Part shown: positions 48,676 to 62,756 of the stretch, one piece after another
How positions within the stretch are numbered: the first letter of the stretch is position 1
How the letters are laid out: the number at the start of each line of letters is the position of its first letter
DNA from: Pocillopora damicornis
Taxonomy: Eukaryota
Reading direction: 5' to 3'
NCBI RefSeq assembly: GCF_003704095.1
Contig: NW_020847347.1
Location: forward strand, 1 to 64,000
DNA: 64,000 nucleotides
Position numbers and translations under genes: made by a program
Notes under the pieces: generated by a model
What the model was told of the DNA's origin: nothing
The model's database searches: none
The model's input: only the letters and a program-made list of their open reading frames with translations

Positions 48676-51600
48676 CTCTGCACTGAAAAGGGGAGAAAAA
48701 TACAAAAACAAAGATTTAAAAAATAGAAAATGGAAAACATAAATCAATTAGCCATTAGGAATTTCCTGATTTAACTCTTCAGAATTTTTTTTCTCAATAA
48801 ACTTTTGGGTCATTAGGTTTCCCTTTTTGACCTTAATGTATGCGGGTTGCAACATACGGAGTGGACTCTATTATACTTCATAACCAAGGCTTTTGAGACC
48901 TCATGCGGCTAGGTTTCCTTGGAGACTCTGAGCCAGTATTTAAAATGAACTATTCATCAAAAAAATCCAAATTTCATAAAATAGTTTTTTAAAGTGGAAC
49001 TTCCATTAAAATCCACCTTTCTATAACGGCCACCACTGCGTTTCCTAACAAGTCACCAAAAACTATTAGAATCACGCTACCTCCTTTTTTTTTTCTTTTT
49101 TTTGATAAAAATTTTTACACTAAACTTTAATTCACGCTTTCTCTGCTGTTGCTACATTATAACTGAATCTTTCGCATAATCACAAACCAAAGCAAGTCTT
49201 AATTTTTTTCGATAAGGATACGCCAGCTTAAAAAGTGAAACTTATTCATGGCAAGATCTTCAGTGCCCTATATGTGGACGGCTGTCGTGGAGAACAGCAG
49301 ACTTAATTAATTTTCACGACTTGAAATTTTTCAATTTTCATATTGTATAATGAGCAATGAAAACAACGCCAATGTACGTATGTGACCACACTGAAATGTT
49401 CTCAGCAGTCAACGAAGCCCAGGCTTTCAAGGGAAGCTTTTAACAACCTTACCACACGAATATTTTCGCAACATCCTTGCTTGCATTAGAGCACGCTTTC
49501 ATGTGGGTTATCATTGAGATTCAGTCTTGTTGGAAGGCGTAAAAGGTTAAGCAATCGCTACACTTCTTTGCCTTTACAAAAAAGCGATAATAAAATTTGT
49601 GAGGTTGGTCTAACATGTTTTTAACCAAAATTTCCCTCGACCGATTATTGACAGCTGCTTTTAGCAAAGTGCATAAAATCTCAATTTTAGACATTTTAAA
49701 ATAATCCTACAGGATGTATATATCATATGATATTTTATTTGACTTGAATTTTTAAAAGAATATTCTGTCATCCTTGTAGCTTGCTTTGCAATCAGGTTGA
49801 AGGATTTTCTCTCCTCTTTTATCCCAGTAGTATTCAGGAGACATTAACACGCCCGTTTTTCACATTTATCTCTTATGATGAATAAATTTCTCTCTAAGAG
49901 CGTAAAGTTACATTCAAATGTAAAGTAAGGAACTCCGCGAGACAAAACACATGTAAAATACTCACAGGCTGCTTTTTTTTCCGCTGTGGTTTGGATGACC
50001 CTTGTCTAGTGCTCCAAGCTAACTTGTTGTTGTGGTGAGAAACTTATGAATTAATGAGGAAAATAAATAAACCATCAGACAGGTTTGTGAAAAAAAACTG
50101 TTGACGTTAAACCTGATCACACCTTTGTCTTTGCTGAGTGAAATTTTCAGCTTGGATAAAAACCAGAGAAATGCTGGAAAACCGCGTTTTGCAATGCGAT
50201 ATGGGTTGGTCTCAACAGCCAACTCCTGAGCCAGCTGGTTCTCTTGTTTTTTCTTTGTTTTTTTTTTTTTCTCCTTTTTTACCATTGAAACCTTTTAAAC
50301 GTCTTGGTTTGTAAACTAACATAACAAAAGGTAATGAATAGTGTCGTTTTTTTAAATTTCATTTGCATTTTAATTAAATGCATTTTAATTAAAAGTATTC
50401 TCCGACGATGATCGTTGAATTTTCACCAAGCCGAAGCATAAGTGGGTCTCTTTAGACTTTCCTCATTTGGAATTTCTCGAAACTGAACTTCAAAGAAGAT
50501 GCATTTCAGAATATAAAGTCAGTATTCCAAGAATCAGTGGCAACAAACATGAATGAAAATGAATTTAAATGATGTAAGGAAAACTGGGAATATCGCATTT
50601 GCGTTGACTCTGTGACAATTTATGTAAGCAGAAGAAACTGAATGAAATGTTATAAACTTAAATTTGCCTTGAATTACTGAGTATTGTATTTCAAAATCAG
50701 CCAGTTTAAACCAAAAAGCAATTGGTTTACGGTTTTGTCCCGGATTTCACAGAATAATGTGAACTGATTTGGACACCAAAATTCAAAGGACGCAAATGTA
50801 CATTATTTCAATGTGTAGGGAGTTTTAGCATTTCACACAGTCAGTGGAATAAAATTTTCCTAATCTTTAAAAGACTGCGTTCTAATGAAACTGTATTCTC
50901 ATATTTGTAAGCATTCACTATATAAAGTATTGTCATTTCGCCTCTTTTACACAGAGAAAAAGTAAAAATACACATCATTGAGACTTATCTCAAACTTCTC
51001 TTCCAAAATAATTTCTTTTTCTGTAATTTTTCATACCGAAAATTGGAAGTTAAATCGAATAATGAATACGTTACCTTTGTCGCGGAAAATGATTGTGGGA
51101 TTATTTACAAAGACTCTATATGTACAACTGATTCAGCTCTGTGGAAACCGAACGCTTAGTCTGGACATCTGAAAGCTCATATGATATAAAATATTGAAAT
51201 TCAAATTTTTTGGTAATTTTGTGACAGCGAAGAAAACGATAACTCTCTTGATGGGAAATAGTCGCCCACATTAATGAACAAACACTTCATTTCTATCTGT
51301 CAAAGCGGTAGAACAGAACCTAAATATGTTTAGTTTCTGAAATTTCACCATTCCAGAAGATAAACTTGTTCTAAATTGGTGTGATCTGTGTGGGCTGAAA
51401 AAAATACTTTAACATTTTAGAAAAGCAGTTTTAAGCTTGGTCAGAATTAGGAGAAACAATGGAAAAACAAAGCTATTTATTCAACCAACGCTCTTAGGAA
51501 GGAAGTAAGCGAATGCGTCGGTCCTCAACGAACGCTCAGATCGACATTGCCCGTTGTGAATACCCAATTATGTCAGTATCTTTTTGTATAATGACAGAAG

Positions 51601-54600
51601 CTTATGAATAACGTATGTACTTGGATATCAGCTTCGACGCAAGCTGAAGGACAGCGCACCTAAAAACCTTTCTCGTTGTCCAAACAAATCATTACAGGCA
51701 TTCCTCAAAGAAACGATAAGGTAAAATAAGGCGCAGATAAAAATAACACTTTATCTAAATACGTGCGTCAGAGCTTTGATGTGGAAAAAGTGTCTAGAGA
51801 CGGAAAAATCATTCCAGAAATAAATACTTGGACCTTAAAATCAATCAATCTCTGTCTTTGTTATATTAGACAGGAATTCGAACATTTTGCTGAGCGAAGG
51901 AAGTCTTAAGTATTGTCAGAACCTTTGAATAATTCATTTATAAGGTAATTTGTAATTGCCAAAGCCTTGAGAGCGACGTCAGTGTATCTGCCAATGAAGC
52001 TTCGGACGCTGCTACTGTTTAGTCAGAAACGTAAGAAGCATCTGACCTTGATCTATGTAATAATATCTACTTCTCTGTGTGTGATTTCAAAGATATTTCT
52101 AACCAGAGGATGCGTAGGCTCCAAATTAACTTTACGAACATTTCATTAATGACAAGACAATTGAAATGAAGGCAAAATAAAGTCAAGTTCGACAGGCCAT
52201 CATTTATGTGCACACATGCGCAAAGCTCGAAACTGTTCTAATCGGGTTGATCCAAGTATGACGTCAGTACCGAGCATAATTTTTCTCTTGTCAAACAAAG
52301 AAGCCACGTGACAGTTCTAACATGGATAGGAATATTGCAATAGTTTTTCCTTTCAGAAGAAATAATAATTATATAATAAGTCCTTAGCATTTTGTTGAAA
52401 TGAAATGTCTTTGTAAGCATAATACATAACACAATAGCATTTAATTCTAGATCTTATCAGATTCCCCTAGGAGGGGAGGAAGGTCAGAATAAAATGGGAT
52501 GGAATTGATAAGAAGCAAGGCCTATATCGGGGAATCATTTTTATAGCATGCTCTAATGAAAGCAAATGATTTGCACGGCTTATTTTTTTTTTAGGTAACT
52601 TTCGTTTTAATTTGTTCTCATCTACGATTCTGTGATTCCCTTTTCGCTCTTATCAACAGGAGTGGAAAAACGACCGATATTTCTTAACTAATAATCACAT
52701 TGAGACTATCACTCATCACTAAGAATTTGCTATCTATCTATCACAAATGCTGCAATCTCATTGGCTACTTTATTGGCCATTTACATCGTAATAGGTAGCG
52801 ATTAACCAAAAATTCTTGGTTGTAAACAAAGTAGGAAAAAAACACGAGTTTTTATTTTTTATTTCATACAAATCAAAAGCTCTTAATTATTTTTGTATAT
52901 TTTTAGATAACATTATCCTTACAGTCTATAGGAGATCTGCAACGACCATATTTATGTTATTTAACCCCACGTAAACGAACATTAAAGGATACTGGGGTTA
53001 ATTGTACATAAAAATTAATCTGCAATATGTCATTAACCACACAGGAACATAAACTCACTCTATCGAGCATTTCCGAGTCTGAATATCGAGCCAAGATTGT
53101 TATATTTTAAGAATATATGCAAAACACATGCGCCAATAAACATTTTGCCGGTGACCCTTTATGATATTTTTTTTCTCTCTTTGTGCCACTTTTTTATGAA
53201 TTCAGTGCGTTTATTCAAAAAGTGCCGACAATGTTGACACAGGTGAAGATTTATCGAAAAGTCTCGTCTTTAGTGGATGTTTCTTCAATTTATGTTAATG
53301 TAGACCTATAATGAAGTATCGTCAAAGCGGATAACGATACATTTTGTATTTCTTGAGATGACTCAGAGGAAGAGTTTTCTTTTAACTGTTTTTCTTTTCC
53401 GATAACATAATCATAGTCCGATTTAGCGGCTTTCAAACGAAACCGCCGGTGTGAGACTTTGTTTGTTTTTGGTCTTCTGATATATTTGCCCCTAACGGAT
53501 TTAGGATTCAATATACTTTCATTTGCTGGCCGGATTTTGGACGAAGATTACTGGAAAATACTTTTATGTTATCTATTTAGATGACAAACGTGAAAGAGAA
53601 TAAACAAAGCCGTTTGAATTTAATCTAGTATGCAGTTTCATTGCTTTCTTGTCTAACCTAAACTTCCTCAATTATTGTATTATTTGATTGTTGTCATGTA
53701 TAAATTGTGAATCTAATACCTCCTAAAATATTCAAATGCCCAATTTATCTATCTAAAGAACTTAAATGCTTTCATGTGCTTAAATTCTGATTTCTTTCTT
53801 TGGGTGTGTTGTTACACCCCTTGAAAATTAAAGATGATTTTTGGTCTCAGTTTTTTTTTTTTAATATTATGATTTTTATCTGAATTCAATGTCGGCTTAT
53901 TTCTTGGTAGGTAGCTCCACAGTTTGCAAAACGACCACCTGTCTAGATTCAAAGCATACAAACTCTGTTGTCTTTCGAAATCAAATAGCAATCATTTCAT
54001 GTCAGTAACTTGGCAACGATGCCATCTAAATGGATTTTTTAGTCCTCAAAGTAAACACTATTGCAAAACAAAAAAGCTGAATGGAATAGAAGAAATCAAA
54101 TAATCGGGGTAACACGGTTGACCTTTACTTAGGCAAAACGGATGCTTTCAGATTTCTCTTGGAGTGGAGGTTTTTTAAGGACTACCATTTTATCGCGTTG
54201 GAAGTCAATTATTTAGCTTCCGATTGACTTTGAGGTACGTATGGACATTTAGTCTATTGAATACTATACTGAAAAATATTGCAAAAAGCGTATTCTTCGA
54301 ATTAATTTTTTTCTTACTCTTAAGATGAATATTATTTTAAACTAAATGTATTTGGTTATTGCGAGTTTAATTATCTTATGTTAAGATCAATATGGATTTT
54401 AAAGATACTTACAATGGATGTATTTAGTAATGATAATTTTCTTCTGTCATTGTGCTCGTAAAGTAATTAAATGGCAGACTTTAAGTAGCTTGACCGGTTG
54501 GCACGTTGTATAAAATCTTTTATCGTCCACTGTTTTCAAGTTTGATGGCGCCCTTCGCTTTAACACGTATATATTTTTCTTAGTCCTATTTTTAACTTTC

Positions 54601-57168
54601 GACGTACAAAACCAGGACTAGAGATTATTATTCAAGGAAGTTTTAAATCTGACAACTGGCAATTTTGAATTTTCTAATCTGATTCGATGTCAAAATATCA
54701 CGTAGGGCCATGATAGTGCAAATTACGGAAATCCGCTAAAATGCTGGATATCTTGAGAACTTCAAGGAGAAGATGTATAAAAGCTGAATAAATTTAAGAC
54801 TGCCGGGAATGGATATTCAATTCCTAACGCATAGGCCTATGTATCGTGAGCCGGCAAAGGCGTCCATCGCTCACTGTATTAAGATAACTGTTTAAATTTT
54901 TTTTTTGTCTTTTGGTCAAAATAACAGCTAATTTGGTTCACAAGGCTGTTTAATCTCTAAAAACTCAAATAAAAACGAGGGAATAAAAAAAAGAATAAAA
55001 CTCAATGTAGCGACTACGACATTTTGAAGCTTTATTCAAACAGAAACTAAGTAGTCCGTAATGTTCACCATGCATCTTTCTTAACAAAAAGTGAACTGAT
55101 CATGGATCTCGACATTCTATTCTGGTTTTTATATACTGATTTTCTTTTCCCCATCTTTCAACTCTTTTAGCTCTCTTCTTACCTTAATTCTAGAATCCCT
55201 CTTTTACCTCTTCCTGTTGCAAGTTGCTATAAAATTGGTTGACGGGAAAATGAAAACAATCTTAGTGCGATTTTAGTAAATCGAATCTTGATAAGTTTTG
55301 AATTCGTGACAAGTGCGTATGAAACACTTTCCTCCTATAACTTTCGCAATGGTAGACAGCTGCAAGCAAATATAATTTGTTTTATCTTTAATGCATTTTT
55401 GGCGTCTTGCTGATCTTAAAGTCGTCTGAATTTCCGCCTATAATCCATTAAAACGACAAATGCATTCGTGGAGAAACCCAAGCATCTACTTTCTGAAACG
55501 TAAAAGTTTGGCCCTCTAAACTGTTTTTTACCGTTGCACAGCCCCCTGTTCGAGATGTCTGGCTTTTAAGTTACAAAAGGTCAAATGATTACCGACTAAA
55601 TCATTTTTCACTCTTTCTTCAAAGATTAAAATGTTTAAACTCCCGTAGAGAAGGGTTGAAAACCCTCCCTGGAACTGTCTGATTTTAATTGCCACTTTGG
55701 AAATGAAAACAATGTGCGTTTAATACTCATAAGTATGTTGCCTTTAAATCGTAAGCGACACGTTATTCAAAGAGAAAAAAATGCGATATTCTTAAGATTC
55801 GATATATTTTGAAGTTCTCTCTTTTGAACACTGAGTTTGTTTTATCCGCCAATAAATTGAAGATGAAATAGCGTGTAATGAAAGTATGTACAATCGGTAA
55901 CCATGTTGCAATTGAATTCCCTTCCGAAATGTTTTTGTCATTTATTTGTTTAAGAGCTGAAGTGGATCACATCTCAGTAAAAGCAATTATGAATTATAAG
56001 TATTACAGCTAATACAAAACTGCAACAATATATATCAATAATTTCATGAGCCGTTACGTATCCTCAGCAAATTTGAAACCTAAGCGTTAAATATATGTAC
56101 CAATCAAGAAGAGAGATATATTTGTAAATTAATAATTATACGACTGTTTGCCATGCTGCTACACCAAACTCACTAACGCAGAGGTAACCGATGGGTTTTC
56201 ATGCTGTAAAAATAAAATAACTTGTGATCCAAAAGAAACCACTCTTTCTATGACAGAGGTTATGCTGACGTATCACGGGTTTAAAATTAAACTGGTGGAA
56301 ATCCTACCTACTCATTCCCAGTCGACAATTTATTTCAGTTAAAAAACAAAGGAAATAACATAAAATGAACGGGGGGATAAAATATTTTGAAACAAATCAT
56401 AAAAATGTTGAATCGATCCCACTGTCTTGCACATGAAGAAAAAAATGTAAAAGTGTCATTTTTGGAGCTGCAAAACTTTTGATCGTGATGTTTCCTAAGC
56501 TGCATAGTAAGTACGGACAGTTTTACGCAAACTTTGATCGTTCGCCTCAGAACTCTCACCGAAATGGCGAACTAAAGTAAACAACTACCACAAGGCAATT
56601 TAACTATCATGTTATGTAAGAAAGTGACCCAATAATACACTCTGAAAATCACAATTAATTTATTATCTGACTAATGAATATTTTTTGGTTTTCTGTGTTT
56701 GTTTTTAGTTCGGTTGTTTTTGGTATCTTTTCCATTACCACTCTTCAATAAAAGTAAATAAACATAGCATTTTGAATATGAAAACCTAATAATATAAGTC
56801 GTTAGGTACTTATGGTAATCTCACTTATGTGTAATATTTTCAAGCTTTCTCGACGGAAGCCGGCGAAGTGGTTGCTTTGGTGTAAGTTCATTAAACGGTG
56901 GCTGTGAGGCTTTCTTTCTTCCTTCAAAGTGTCAAAAAGCATGTTCTATTTAATAAGAACAAGATAGTTATTAAATTCGACTTCACTGCTACATGAATAA
57001 GTCTTCCGAGAATTCCCTGTTGAAATATCGGGGTTATTACTTGCAGAGAAACTTCTAAATTCAGTACAGTGATCTTGAGGTCTGTATCTCTACAATCGTG
57101 TTAAATTATCATATTTTGGAACCATGAATAAATTTTATTGCTCTTTTTTCAGACTCAATTCATCCCAT

Positions 57169-58266
57169 ATGGCAAGCTCTTTAGCAAACAGGACACAAGA
57201 AGTCATCTTTTCCAGGAGAGCAAACATTGCTTGGAGTACCATCTTTGGCTTTCTCGCTGTAATTATTGTGGCCGGTAATGCTTTAACAATTGCAGCGTTT
57301 ACAGCCAGGCGACTTGTTCGTAGACGTGCTGTTTTCTTTCTGATCAGCTTAGCTATGGCTGATATGACGGTTGGAGCAGTTGCCATACCGCTTTACATCT
57401 ATTTGAGCATTCAGAAAACCTTAACAAAGAGAGCTGTCCATCACATCTATGAAGCAGTGGACATCCTGTCCGGATTGGCCTCTGTGTTCACATTGGCACT
57501 GATTTCTGTTGAAAGGCTGTTCGCCATTGGGTGGCCTTTGTTTCACCGCACCCTACGTAAACGAGCCTACTTTTATTTTGTGGGTCTGGCATGGATTTCT
57601 GCCCTAATCATATCCATCATAGACTTGCTTTATCACTACAACATCGTGTCTTACCTCGCTACTCTGGACATTGTTCTCACTGCTCTGTGTACTTCGTTTG
57701 TAGTTACTTGCGCTGCATATTTGGGTCTGTTTGTTAAGGTTCGTTCTCGAGATTATAGTGTAGTTGGGAGGGAACAGGACAAGAGACTAGCAAAGACACT
57801 ATTCCTTGTAACTGGAATGTTTATGGTCACATGGCTGCCTTTTCAGTGCCTTCTGTATGTGGTACACTTTTGCAAGACATGCCCCTTCCCTTCTCAAAAT
57901 ACAGTGAACTTCATTAAACTATTACAATATTTCAATTCCTTTATAAATACGGTTATTTACTCACTTAGAATGCCTGAATTCAGGAAGGCAATTTCTGAGG
58001 CTTTTAAAGGTAGAAGAAGTCATAATCCTAACAAAGATAAGAATATTTACCTCAAAAACCTTCAAGGAGACACACTGAGTGCAGTTGGTGGTGTTCTGGG
58101 CTCCTATTCGTCACTAAATCTACGCCTTTGTATGGGAACTGAAAACATCGTCCTATCAGAATTGAACTCGTCAAATCTTCGAAGGAAGTGTTTTGCTTTT
58201 AATAGCTCTAGAAATTTGAGAAAGAGCTCCAGCCGTAGAACTTTTGTAACTGTATCAGTAGTTTAA
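57169..58266 (+). CDS. Class A orphan GPCR, divergently oriented paralogue of 47587-48675, 365 aa
   Basis: GNALT, LAMADM, VERL, DKRLAKTLFLVTG, TWLPF, NSFINTVIY. Start MASSLA follows the acceptor TTTTTTCAG at 57152. Confidence 0.92.
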   Translation: MASSLANRTQEVIFSRRANIAWSTIFGFLAVIIVAGNALTIAAFTARRLVRRRAVFFLISLAMADMTVGAVAIPLYIYLSIQKTLTKRAVHHIYEAVDILSGLASVFTLALISVERLFAIGWPLFHRTLRKRAYFYFVGLAWISALIISIIDLLYHYNIVSYLATLDIVLTALCTSFVVTCAAYLGLFVKVRSRDYSVVGREQDKRLAKTLFLVTGMFMVTWLPFQCLLYVVHFCKTCPFPSQNTVNFIKLLQYFNSFINTVIYSLRMPEFRKAISEAFKGRRSHNPNKDKNIYLKNLQGDTLSAVGGVLGSYSSLNLRLCMGTENIVLSELNSSNLRRKCFAFNSSRNLRKSSSRRTFVTVSVV

Positions 58267-58821
58267 GCTCATAGTCCAACAGATCTTTCGCCTGTTACGA
58301 TCACGTGGACAATAGAAAATGGTCGTGACGCGAAAAAAGGTATCACTCAGGGGCTGAACAAGATGAAATACGATTTCTGATTTTGACGCCAGTGGTGATT
58401 AAGTGAGAGATCACTGGCTATTAAAATGGTTTTATATTCGGAAAAAAGCTGAACACGAAGTCATATTTGTCCTTCAAGGTGAAGTAACCGTAACTTAGCA
58501 GTTCAGCCGAAGAAGCTCAATTTGGTAATTCTGTAAGTTCCATAGCATTCTTTCCATTACCGGGATCTATTTCTTACAACATGAACAACCATTTTATGAT
58601 GGACAAGGCCATAAGATAAAGTCATGAAATAGAGATTTTCTGAAAAGTAGCTTTCTTCTGCACAAAGTTGTATTTATTAGATATGTGACGTGGGCTAAAT
58701 GTTCTCTTAGGAGCGTATAATTGTTTAGGAATGGCCGTTGTAATTGAGCCTTTGCGCGTGCGTTTTACATGTTAACTAATTCCAGAATCAATGTAATTTG
58801 TATCTTTTACAAATTTCATGT

Positions 58822-58992
58822 AAATATCATATAATATATCAAATCGACTACAGGTACGGTTAAGGTGATGACTTAAAGCTGAAAATAAATTACTATACAA
58901 TGATTAAATATCGTATAATATATCAAATCGACTACAGATACGGTTAAGGTGATGACTTAAAGCTGAAAATAAATTACTATACAATGATTAAA
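58822..58992. repeat. 84-bp tandem duplication, 2 near-identical copies
   Basis: Units start at 58822 and 58906 and differ at two positions. Confidence 0.92.
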
Positions 58993-59402
58993 CCAATTAT
59001 TTGTGCATGTAAATAGGATCAAGCAAAAAATTTAGAATAAAAAGGAAGGAGGGCTACAGAAGAAATTTTCTCATTTCTCACAAAATTCTACCACAACAAG
59101 AAAATATCAAGTTAAATGTTTGCAACAACCAAGTCTTCCTTCCACGTTGAAGGCTATTTGTGTTGCTTTTGTTCCAGTATCTCATATATTCATAATTTTA
59201 TCTTACTCCTTTCCTACTTTTTAAACAGAGGTCAGCTAAGTTGCCCTTGCAAATTAAAATGTATCACCCTAATCTCGGCCAGGGAGTAAAGTGCTTTTCA
59301 ATGCTGTCATCCTGCTCAACCATAAATAAACAGTCTTATTAATTATTATCATCGATTGTTCTGTGGTCAGGAAAGAAAGATAAAGGTTTATACCAATGTG
59401 CC

Positions 59403-59598
59403 TATAATTGTATAGATCTTTCCATGAATTCCATAACATTTTCCTTTAATTTTTTAGTGGAGAACGATGCAACTTTTATTTTCCTTCGTTTTTCCTCCGA
59501 TTGCGGTATAATTGTATAGATTTTGCCATGAATTCCATAACATTTTTCGTGGAAAATAACGCACCTTTTATTTTCCTTCATTTTGCCTCCGATTGCGG
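59403..59598. repeat. ~100-bp tandem duplication
   Basis: TATAATTGTATAGAT...CCATGAATTCCATAACATTTT...CCTCCGATTGCGG occurs twice. Confidence 0.85.
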
Positions 59599-61790
59599 AA
59601 AAAAACACCCAATGACATTCATTAGAGAAAATTACAAATAACATCCTGTGTCAGCGTTTCGTAGGTTGGACCTCGGTTGCAAAAAAAATGAAATGAAACA
59701 ACGGGGCGAGAGGGGAAGAATTTCTCAGTTTTTTTTTTAATGTTTTAACCGATTTTTCCGTGATACCGGAGGGTTTTTGTCGAGTTTTCTTACCGCACTG
59801 CTTGGTTTTAGTACATTAACTTATGGCCGAGATAGTCAAAGGCGGTAAGCCACAGTGGTCGGGAGATCTTTTGAATGGGATAGATCAAATATTTGTTTGG
59901 TTTCAAATTATCATCTTAATTGATTGTATTGCAGAAGGGTGAGTCTACCAATTGAAACATTGCTTTTCAAATTTTATCTGTTGACAATTTTAGACCCTGC
60001 GTACGCCAGTGACCTATTCCTGTAATTAAACATAAGTTTTTCAAAAAATTATATTCTTTACCGGATGGCATTATGTCATTTCCTTGATTTCCTTTTCCTT
60101 CCAATGTTTGTATTGTAACGATGGTTAGCACAATAAAAACGTTTTATGTTTACAGATAAACATCCAGGCGCTGTATAAAGGTCAGTATGAATTGTGTCTG
60201 GTGCAAATTCGTTTATTCAGATTAGTCAACAATGTATTTTTGACGCTTTCTGATCTGCACAAATGATATAGCTAAGCATTCTTAAAATCAAGAGATGGGA
60301 AAAATATTTCAGATAACATTCTCACATCAACAGTCAGTCATTGGTATATCCGATAAGTGAGGAAAGCTCTAAATTGATATCTTTTTAAAAAGTTTCTCTC
60401 TTGTATCGTTCTATTTTTCATTAAAATTTCACTCCTACTCATGGAGGGATCTGACTTATTTACCGATAAGAATTTTCCTATACTTCTATCTTAGATCCCG
60501 TCATAAATAATTGCGATAAAAAAAAAGGAAAACAAATATTTGTTCTTGCTGTGTAAACGAACCCTATAATCACCCATGCAGACTCGCTTCAAAAAATTCA
60601 CTCCATGGTAGTCTAGCGATTCAGCTGAGCTTATGCTGATACTTTGGCCGTCTTGCGGCTCTGGAATCATTTCAGAAGCTATAGACCTTGACTGATGTGA
60701 CTTATACACCCAGTAGCCGTTTGATAATGACGACAAGACGATGGATATAGTCTGTTTGAGCTGCTGAGCAGTGGCAAATGCTCTTAAATAACCCTGGTAG
60801 GATTTCATGTAAATCTTAAACAAGATATTAGCAAATCTTAGAAAACTACCCTGATCAAAGCCGGGAAAGAGGTATTTTAGGGCAAATTACAGATAGAAAA
60901 ACTACAATTACTTCGTTGATCAATCATTCAGATTAAGAGCTCCATGTAAGAGGTCTGGAAATCGAAAATCGTACGAATCTCAGAGAAGCGAAAATTAGAG
61001 GGGGTCAAGCGATTTGGCATCGTTGACGTCTTCGGAAAAGACAATTCATTGTAGCTCACTTAAACCACTTGGGCTGAGTTGATGTTCTAGGACACCCAAA
61101 CACTTTTCTAGCTTTTGTTTTGTAGTAGAGATTGAGCCCAGTATGTTTTTTTTGAACTGCATTTGAGAAGAAAGCGATATTTTAAATTCTCAGCTTATCA
61201 CAGAGATCGCGCCATGTTTGAAAATTTGGGCGAAGTTCACCCCTTTTAAAACGTGTATGCTACTTACTAACATAATCGACATAATTTTCTATTCATTTTT
61301 TTTCTATCGCAATAAAAAAATTGCGTGGGAGAGTAACGACAACAGGCAAAAAGTAGCTTGATCGAGTGGTGTGTCGATTCTCTGTTTGATTCCTTCTTCT
61401 GCCCTTTTTATTGATTGATTGACTAGATGATTGATGAATGCTTTTAAGATTTTTTTCTAAATGATTGTTTTTCTCCATTAATTGCTTTGTTGATCGATGA
61501 TGCTTTAAGCTAACATATGTAAACAAAATAATACATTTTTTTGTTGTTATAACCTTGGCGACGTACAGCTTATGATATTCCAATGGATTTATATGGCATG
61601 TTTTTAAAAGAGCACATCGAATCGATGAAGCTTTTAAAGAAAATTTACTAATGGCATTTATTTTATTTATTTCCCATGTAACGTGGATCCAGAGGTTTTC
61701 TCCACAAAATCATCGAACAAAAAAAGCTAAGTCATTTTTACTTTCTTTCTCTCTCAAAATCACAGACATCAATTCACAAAAGGACTCACA

Positions 61791-62756
61791 ATGGACTTCA
61801 ACCAATGGAATATTATTTGGAGTATCTGCTTTGGAGCAATTGCCTTCATGATAATTATTGGAAACTGTCTCTCCATCATAATCCTTCTCAAGCGCAGGCT
61901 TCGCAAACGTCCGCATTACTTGCTGATAAGTTTAGCCATTGCGGACCTGTTGGTTGGTGTTTTTGCAATGCCTATTTACATGATCATCGTGATGTCTGGA
62001 AAAAAATTTGTTACAGTGCTTGTTTTTGATTGTGTGGACATGTTCACTGGATTTTCCTCGGTGTTTACCTTGGTTTTAATTTCCATGGAAAGACTGAGTG
62101 CAATCGCGCAACCTTTGCGCCATCGACTGCTTACCTCACGAAGTTACATCTTTGCGCTGATAACACCGTGGATCCTGGCAGTAGCAGTGACGTCTTCTCG
62201 CCTGCTGCTACAGTTAGCCATCATAACAAAACAGCAGTTCCTGTGCATTATTATCTTGAGTTTATCGACCCCACTGTTCCTGTTGTGTCTGGCTTATTGC
62301 ATCATTATGCATAAGGAAGCCTTACGACCACAACTAGGTTTCAGAGCAAGGAGCGAAGCCAGGCTGTCTAAGACAGTGTGCCTAATAACCGGCATGTTTA
62401 TATTAACGTGGATGCCATTCCAAGTATTGGTCATCGTTATTCATAAATGCACTGTATGTAGCAAAAGCGTACCTGTGTCAGTGGTATTCTTAATTAAGCT
62501 TCTGCAGTTCAGCAATTCGGTCGTTAATTTCTTCATATATTGTCTTCGAATGCCAGTGTATCGAAGGGCATTGTCTGCATTGTTTCGGAGCTGCAATTGC
62601 TTTGTTTCCCAAACTCAAGTGCACCCTTTCTTTCGGCATCAAAACACTAATGTCACAATAATTTCCCTCTCGAGTTCGGTGTCTGTAAACCGCTGCAGGC
62701 AAGGACAAAGTGAAAACTCAGAAAGTATAATGGATACGCAAATCAATCAGATATAA
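61791..62756 (+). CDS. Class A orphan GPCR of the same subfamily, 321 aa
   Basis: GNCLS, LAIADL, MERL, TWMPF, NSVVNFFIY; very short N-terminus. Confidence 0.92.
   Translation: MDFNQWNIIWSICFGAIAFMIIIGNCLSIIILLKRRLRKRPHYLLISLAIADLLVGVFAMPIYMIIVMSGKKFVTVLVFDCVDMFTGFSSVFTLVLISMERLSAIAQPLRHRLLTSRSYIFALITPWILAVAVTSSRLLLQLAIITKQQFLCIIILSLSTPLFLLCLAYCIIMHKEALRPQLGFRARSEARLSKTVCLITGMFILTWMPFQVLVIVIHKCTVCSKSVPVSVVFLIKLLQFSNSVVNFFIYCLRMPVYRRALSALFRSCNCFVSQTQVHPFFRHQNTNVTIISLSSSVSVNRCRQGQSENSESIMDTQINQI

Noticed and set aside
47587-62756. Opsin call from the TM7 lysine
   Set aside because: The lysine is at 7.39; the retinal-binding position 7.43 is Tyr or Phe.
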